A stretch of 64,000 nt of DNA from Plasmodiophora brassicae. Lineage: Eukaryota. The position numbers and the translations under genes were made by a program. The stretch covers positions 434,001 through 498,000 of the forward strand of contig CP145413.1 of the NCBI GenBank assembly GCA_036867785.1, read 5' to 3'. The notes beneath the pieces are model-generated. The model saw only the letters and a program-made list of their open reading frames with translations. It made no database searches and was not told the DNA's origin. Positions 59,101-64,000 of this stretch are shown piece after piece (positions within the stretch are counted from its first letter, which is position 1; every line of letters starts with the position of its first letter).

Positions 59101-62017
59101 CCTGCATTCCCAACGAGCGAAGCTGCTGTATTCCGTTGCTATCCGCCAGCTTCATTCGCTGTGCCTTCCGAGTCACTCACCACCACCTACTACGAAAGAT
59201 GCCTTCTGGGGCCTGCCCGATCTGAATCCGTGCATCAGTGCATTCTCCCAAGCGTATGAATACTTCTCAAAGGTCAATGACGTCTATCGCAGCGCGAAAA
59301 TGCTGTCCGGTATCGCCCAGGCGTATCTCGACGTTCTTGTTCTCGTCTGTGTCGTGCTGAAGTGGCCTTTGGAAGTGCTCGCCCCATGGATGGAGGCGAA
59401 CGGGTTCGATATGACGAGTACGAACGTTCTCCGACGAGTGGAGGTCCCTGCGTCGCAAGCACTGGACACATTTGTGGAATGCTACGATGTTATTCACCTG
59501 TTATCCGCCCTGTTGTCTATCGCCGAGTTGCGCACCGTTCAGGCCGCCGTCGAGCATCGTCAGAACCAGCAACGGGATCATCAGACGGCCTTTGACGACG
59601 ATGTCAACAGTGTCGGGATCGCCTACTGGAAGGAGGTTCGAGATGCGTTTTTCCACCTGTTTGTTGACGGGAGCGAATGTGTGATTCTGCGGTCGGCGTC
59701 TCCCGGGTATCGCTGCCGTCTGGGGCGATTCTTCTCGCGGCTCGTCCGGCTTCTGATGACGTTCAATCCCGAATTCATCTCTGAGAACACGGCCGTTCTG
59801 GACGTGTTCGTCCTGTTCCAGATTGATATGGACCGCCTGGCCATGACAGGCGTACCTGCGGCGGAGACGCACACGTCTTCATCTGCACAAACGACGACGG
59901 AGTCTTGTGCCGTCCCCAGCGAACAGCAGCTATCCCCAACTCGGTCGTCCGGCCTGTCGCCATCCCGTCCATCATCGATGACGTCGAGATCCATCTCGGG
60001 TAACAGGTCGTCTGGCGTATCGCCTTCGCGTACAGCACGCTTGTTGACGGCCGGGAAGAAGTTCACGTTGGGGCTTCGATCCAGTCGCAATCGTGTTTCG
60101 TCTCCCAAGCATTCGATGGGCTCTGGCGCTGATGTTGAAGGCGATGATCTGCTGCTGTACCAGAATCTTGCACCGAAGTTCAGCTGCACAACGACGCCGT
60201 CGGGGTCACTGTCGCATTCGGGCCCGACGTCTGCCGATATTGTCGACTGCCTGTGCCAAGTGCACCGCAATTGTATCCTGTTCGCGACCGGACGTTTGAC
60301 GAACGCGGAAGTCCAGGAACGCAATCGGTCCTACGTTCGTCGGCAATTGACTCTGATGGCGCAGCGCCAGCCAGAGCCGGCTCTGGCGAAGAACGCGCCG
60401 CTATACTCGAACTTGACCTATGCGATCTCGGCGTCTGGGTTATTTGCATTGTTCTCGCCGTCATGCATGCGCATTGCGATCGCTGTCCAATCGGATCCAC
60501 ACCGAAATCGCGAGTTCACGACGACCATGCTGCAGCGTCTGCGGGCCTCCAAGGAGAATCGTTCACGCGTCTACAGCAAACGGGAGAATATCCAGTCGAA
60601 TAGTGCATCGGCGCTGTCGCTGGACGCCATCCGTATCGATGGCCTGTCGTCCGACAATATCGAAGGCAACCCGCCAGATGCGCAAGGACCCCTGATGGAG
60701 TCGCTGATGCCCGCTCTCTCCCTGGATTGCGTGAACCTAATGCTGTCGTGCTTGGACGCCCAGAATGTCATCGTGCTGCTGGCAGCTGTCCTCCTCGAGC
60801 AGCGTGTCATTCTTGCGTCATCGTCGCAGAACGCCCTCGTCGCCGTGTGCAGCTCGCTTGCATCTCTGATGTACCCGTTCCTGTGGCGCCATGCCTATGT
60901 TCCAGTGGTGACCAGATATACCCTCTCCTTGGTGGATCTGGACTGTCCGTACCTGATTGGAATCCATTCGTTCCTGCTTGGCCTCGTGTCGCCACAGCAG
61001 CGGTCCAATGCCGTCGTCGTTGACCTTGACCACAACCACGTCATCAATCGCCCGCCGACCCTGACGGCGTTCCCGACGAAGATTAGCTCCCGCCTGTACA
61101 AATCCATTGTACGGTTCACGTCTGCCGACTTCGTCCAGCAGAATGCTGCCGCGGTCGGTAACGGTGTCCCTCACCAGCCGCGACCTTCGCTTCGCAGCGC
61201 TGTCCTGGCGCAACCTGTAGGCACCAGCCTGCCCCCGCTTCAGGTTGCATCTCCCCATCAAGGCCTTGTTACACTGCCGAAAGACGCCTCGAAGGAGCCG
61301 CCAACGCTAGCGCTGTCCATATTGATTCAAGGGTTCGTCGACACGTTCGCGTCAATGCTGTACCAGTACAGGTTGCAGTGGGATCCGTTGTCGCAATCCC
61401 CAGCCTTCTTCAACGCCTCCGTGTTCGTCCAGGATGCGAAATCTGCGAATCGTACGTTTCTCGAGCAACTCTGCAGAACAACGACGTTCGCATCGTTCCT
61501 GGAAGAACGTCACGCTGCGCTGCCCAGTACGCTTGCCGCCGACCTTTTCGAGCGTGCTGTGCTGTCAGCATTGAGCGCCAAGTGGACCAAGTTCCAAGCG
61601 TTCGAATCAGTGTCGTTTAGCATGGCGGTCTACGCGAGCCACAAGGGTAAGAAGCATCTCAGGAAGAGGTGGGCGGTCCTAAACGGGCGACGCCTTGCCT
61701 TGTTCGGGTCGAAGCGAGCGTCGAAGAAGACCAATGCCCGGCCACAACACGCGATCACGTTGGTGCCTGGTCGTTTCACGCTGGTGACGCCTGTGGACAA
61801 CGATGACTCGATGTTTATGCTGTTAATCGATGAAGCTGGCGACCACGACCTGATGGATCCCATCGCAGACACTGGCCGTGACGAGTGGCGCTTCCGCCTG
61901 GAAACCCACGACCAACGGCGCCAGTGGACAATGGCGATCAGCGCTCGTGCCGTGTCTGATGGAGTCAGGCATAAGTGGGCCTTACTCGTCAAACAATACA
62001 ATAACGACGATCGGTAG
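56129..62017 (+). CDS. 1962-aa intronless protein: TPR-like helical region, cDENN/dDENN and C-terminal PH domain
   Basis: cDENN LLEQRVILASS..LMYPFLWRHAYVP..PYLIG, dDENN FLEQLCRTTTFASFLEER, and PH RKRWAVLNGRRLALF..RRQWTMAI. Confidence 0.88.
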   Translation: MEKGGAANCAKAPSPADATAASSPTAAQQPTIVGYSADPTQKENWENDFEDLDELATASGRFAPWGTGMARIDSIVPISPSSVRGTVNSDDQKGPDPRDISSSMASDDDSPRLLAPKFPTSALPSPARSALASPTKRDDDHDAGSSSSEGDWDNEIEQEDADGSGSPAAADGAETGTALASTMQKQVSSLLRSYLATEDNLLASGMLSTRGRTPSHTVIPRRHRLLRAIQSEDDAPSVKIVVYPKPSILYSEHTDEGRASFRESVLEEWLSMLGFNPSHVYLSYPPDSTMTLAIPQLPSNLTVAKLSEWLQTCMEHVHNLYRHRGSLQKTEQCWDASMFAMNLLLKSKFVLSDDVPEHTARPVFDKLYTVLYAAAKTMPDNHMDTYSGFVTTAVNMFPRYRGLLELLMLAAIAHTDATRLNRVLRNYVVVYSMHEDADTPLNVEVAVDALVSLHLYLNQYSPLNTSILTATASWDIADDPNVQWLEYAMNGCDITPDLLSVPAISPEKLRQEQCVWKLCGSATFRMELLEVLYARMSATSLLRAKCAYVMGHYALHEHNDTALAERLLFECVFLLDRVTPVLPSQVPLVSELGTNALIAYGDILLSNGKYKYAILALEAAVSCYKLRRGQDFMVMDRRLCDICTEARDWDRSLKYHLKILSTSRTQENVAEFVYISQQISKIYTDLGDWPRAEMHLLDALHFLSLISTRVSPPPVSPATHQSGPMESANSAIEATHNSDPLPANDLLVVRRSFNSDQSPLRIRESGTVGRYSIQRSIHHQRPRLDGAGCSRSVGRRSELMSFAHSSVNEVSAESTPRSAPVDSVASASSAGTASSNVNLSLTTRSRNRAARLGLYLRLAQLYISGGIPQEAVSLLQSVLDSDLAKSKTPLVKLMMAKACLKLGMTYRVSEILRELSDDDPGDPYASASSQPGLLRAPTNPFSLSNSIVSSPEFIDVQVALLTQREQYPAALVVTNDAIRQCTTSNLLRLARLHSQRAKLLYSVAIRQLHSLCLPSHSPPPTTKDAFWGLPDLNPCISAFSQAYEYFSKVNDVYRSAKMLSGIAQAYLDVLVLVCVVLKWPLEVLAPWMEANGFDMTSTNVLRRVEVPASQALDTFVECYDVIHLLSALLSIAELRTVQAAVEHRQNQQRDHQTAFDDDVNSVGIAYWKEVRDAFFHLFVDGSECVILRSASPGYRCRLGRFFSRLVRLLMTFNPEFISENTAVLDVFVLFQIDMDRLAMTGVPAAETHTSSSAQTTTESCAVPSEQQLSPTRSSGLSPSRPSSMTSRSISGNRSSGVSPSRTARLLTAGKKFTLGLRSSRNRVSSPKHSMGSGADVEGDDLLLYQNLAPKFSCTTTPSGSLSHSGPTSADIVDCLCQVHRNCILFATGRLTNAEVQERNRSYVRRQLTLMAQRQPEPALAKNAPLYSNLTYAISASGLFALFSPSCMRIAIAVQSDPHRNREFTTTMLQRLRASKENRSRVYSKRENIQSNSASALSLDAIRIDGLSSDNIEGNPPDAQGPLMESLMPALSLDCVNLMLSCLDAQNVIVLLAAVLLEQRVILASSSQNALVAVCSSLASLMYPFLWRHAYVPVVTRYTLSLVDLDCPYLIGIHSFLLGLVSPQQRSNAVVVDLDHNHVINRPPTLTAFPTKISSRLYKSIVRFTSADFVQQNAAAVGNGVPHQPRPSLRSAVLAQPVGTSLPPLQVASPHQGLVTLPKDASKEPPTLALSILIQGFVDTFASMLYQYRLQWDPLSQSPAFFNASVFVQDAKSANRTFLEQLCRTTTFASFLEERHAALPSTLAADLFERAVLSALSAKWTKFQAFESVSFSMAVYASHKGKKHLRKRWAVLNGRRLALFGSKRASKKTNARPQHAITLVPGRFTLVTPVDNDDSMFMLLIDEAGDHDLMDPIADTGRDEWRFRLETHDQRRQWTMAISARAVSDGVRHKWALLVKQYNNDDR

Positions 62018-62156
62018 CATTCGTCTTCCTGATCAACCCAAAGCCTCCCAGACTCTTACAATAATTACCTTAATAGTTGTGTCTATTACAACAGCTGTGT
62101 CATCTTCATTACGGGGATTGCCCCCCCCCCCCCCCAAACAGGACCTCTATGAGTCG

Positions 62157-64000
62157 CTATGTTGCCGATATCTCTGCGACGATGCTCCGACGTATTTCTT
62201 GAAGCAGTGGAGTCTTGCAAACGCGGGATTCGAATGACGAGAATTCCGCCGACTCGGCAATACCTCTGATCGAGTTAAAGGTGATGAACGCCCGCACAGC
62301 CGCTCTCAATACGTCCTTCGAGTCATCGCCACCGTCGCCTTTGCTCAAGCGGATCTGCTCCTTTATGCCCTGGAACCACGTCAGTATACGCTGGATAGTA
62401 AGAGCAAAGTTCACACGAGGACCTGCGTGAACATTGGTGTCAAACGAGGTAGCATCTCTAGGACTCTTCGTGGACAATGTGATGCCATGTGGGCCAGAAT
62501 GTGATACGCAGTTAACTGAACGTCCCGATCGTCGGTCAGGCTTCGCTCTGTTAAAACTCGATTAGATTGCGAGCAACCAGGCACATGCACCGTGACGCCG
62601 ACCTAGGCAGCAGACGAAGTCCTCGGCACGGGTATCAACAAGGTCCGGATGCACTTCTATAACAGACTCTAAACAGAGTACCGCAGCTCGCCGTAAAGGC
62701 GCACCGTCATCGACCTTTCGCTTGAAAGGACCGTAGTCGACCTATGCTGGCATTTGGTGACGGCAGACGAAAGAAAGACAAATACAGCCGACCGTGCGAA
62801 CGAGAGATGGGTCTTGAGCCATTTGACGATACATGGCTGGCAATACAACGGGAACGACCTGCTCGAGGAGGCCCGGAACAGGAGGACCGCGCAGCAGAGC
62901 GTTCACTGTAAGCAGCGCATGACGTCGAGTCTCAAGATCAGCGTCGTCAAGCATCGATAGAAACGCTGGCACGTGTTGTCCGAACTCTGCAGATGAAAAT
63001 CAGCTATCGCAGCGCATCATAACATTGTACGGGATGGCTGTCACCTTTGTCAATGTTGACATAGCGCAAGGCGCCGATGATAACCCATCGCACCCTAGGT
63101 GAAGGGTCTCTGATGCGGGCGACGATGTCTCGAGTAAGAGCCCGGCGGACAGTTTCGCCATCATTGCATAGCGCACCGAGGCAATGAGCAATGATACCCC
63201 TGATTCCTTCATCATCGGTGTTACAGTACTCGAACAGGAGAGGTGCAAGCTCCGCCGGCAGCTGGTCATCTGCCAGGTCGTCTCGAAGAACGATTACCTG
63301 TGAAGAAACGTAAGCATGAACACACAAAGTATTCAGGGCGCCAGAGCACCTCTTTCAGTGCCTTAAGAAGCAGGTAACGATGCGACGGAGCGCGCTTGAG
63401 GCGCGTAATAATCATGGGCAAGACTGCCGCGATATTTCGCGCCGCAATACGGCCGACTGCCTTCGATGCTGCCCATTTGATGTCTTCATGCGAATCGTCG
63501 AATTTGCTGAACATTGTGCCCAGGAGCCCGTTTACACCTGCGGCACATCTTCAGAGACTGAACCGACCATCACCTCGCTCGTACCGAAACCTGAAATGTC
63601 AATGTGCCGGCCGATTTCCCCAATGGCGGCAATGGAGACAAGCTGAGTGCTATGCTGCAATTGCATCATGTCCATTAGAACCGGGACCGTACTCAGCGGG
63701 TTTGGGTCAGGTGGTGCTGTCACAATAGTCGCCAGCACCATGCTCAGGTTTGTCACGACGTCGCGATCGAAGTGACCGGAACTTGCCATCAGCTGACGGA
63801 ACGCATCGAACAGACTGTCTCTCTGCAGGATCGCAATTCCCAAATGGTGTCCGAGCACGACCAGTGACTTGAGAAGCGAAACCAGAGCCGAACGATGTAC
63901 ACCCTAGGCCTAAGGGTTGGACTCAAGACGATCCTGTATAATGGCGAAACCGAAGAACTGACCGATAGAAGACGGCTTTGAGAGAACGATATCAAATGAG
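62157..64000 (-). CDS. CAND1: CAND1/TIP120, 3' part; continues beyond the window
   Basis: EDIKWAASKAVG, DEGIRGIIAHCLGAL, DADLETRRHAL and LVRTV|DYGPFKRKVDDGAPLRRAA. Confidence 0.88.

Noticed and set aside
62121-62135. Poly-C tract between convergent genes
   Set aside because: Simple homopolymer with no evidence of function.
1-64000. tRNA, rRNA, snRNA genes and recoded stops
   Set aside because: None recognised by eye. Apparent stops in conserved genes are explained by canonical introns. A covariance-model scan could still find small RNAs.

Overview
Gene-dense, GC-rich eukaryotic DNA with many short (about 40-90 nt) GT-AG introns and very small intergenic gaps. This architecture, together with the ciliary genes and secreted proteins, suggests a protist such as a plasmodiophorid (Plasmodiophora-like); that assignment is inference only. 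About 30 genes can be read. Housekeeping genes include RPAC1/RPC40, MCCA, Rab18, a mitochondrial carrier, an SMS/IPC-synthase-like gene, CSN1, SerRS, PPX/PRUNE, NDUFAF3, NIPA, an SLC38-like transporter, PNO1, a PXA-PX sorting nexin, malate synthase, NTAQ1, CEP19, CCDC180, PSMA6 and CAND1. There are three accessory islands. The first (13.5-17.9 kb) holds a PIF/Harbinger-type Myb-like pseudogene folded into a 247-bp inverted repeat. The second (33.3-36 kb) holds repeats and a secreted 8-Cys protein. The third (50.3-54.5 kb) holds a truncated Ty3/Gypsy element. The most notable observations are: (1) an intronless PPR gene ending in a land-plant-style P2-L2-S2-E1-E2 RNA-editing-factor tail with no DYW domain; (2) next to it, an intronless bacterial-type PAS hybrid histidine kinase that has lost its phospho-His, its receiver Asp and its G2 box but keeps an intact ORF; (3) the fold-back inverted repeat; (4) small spliced secreted or membrane genes that the ORF track splits or misses. 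All homology calls come from recognising motifs by eye; no searches were run.
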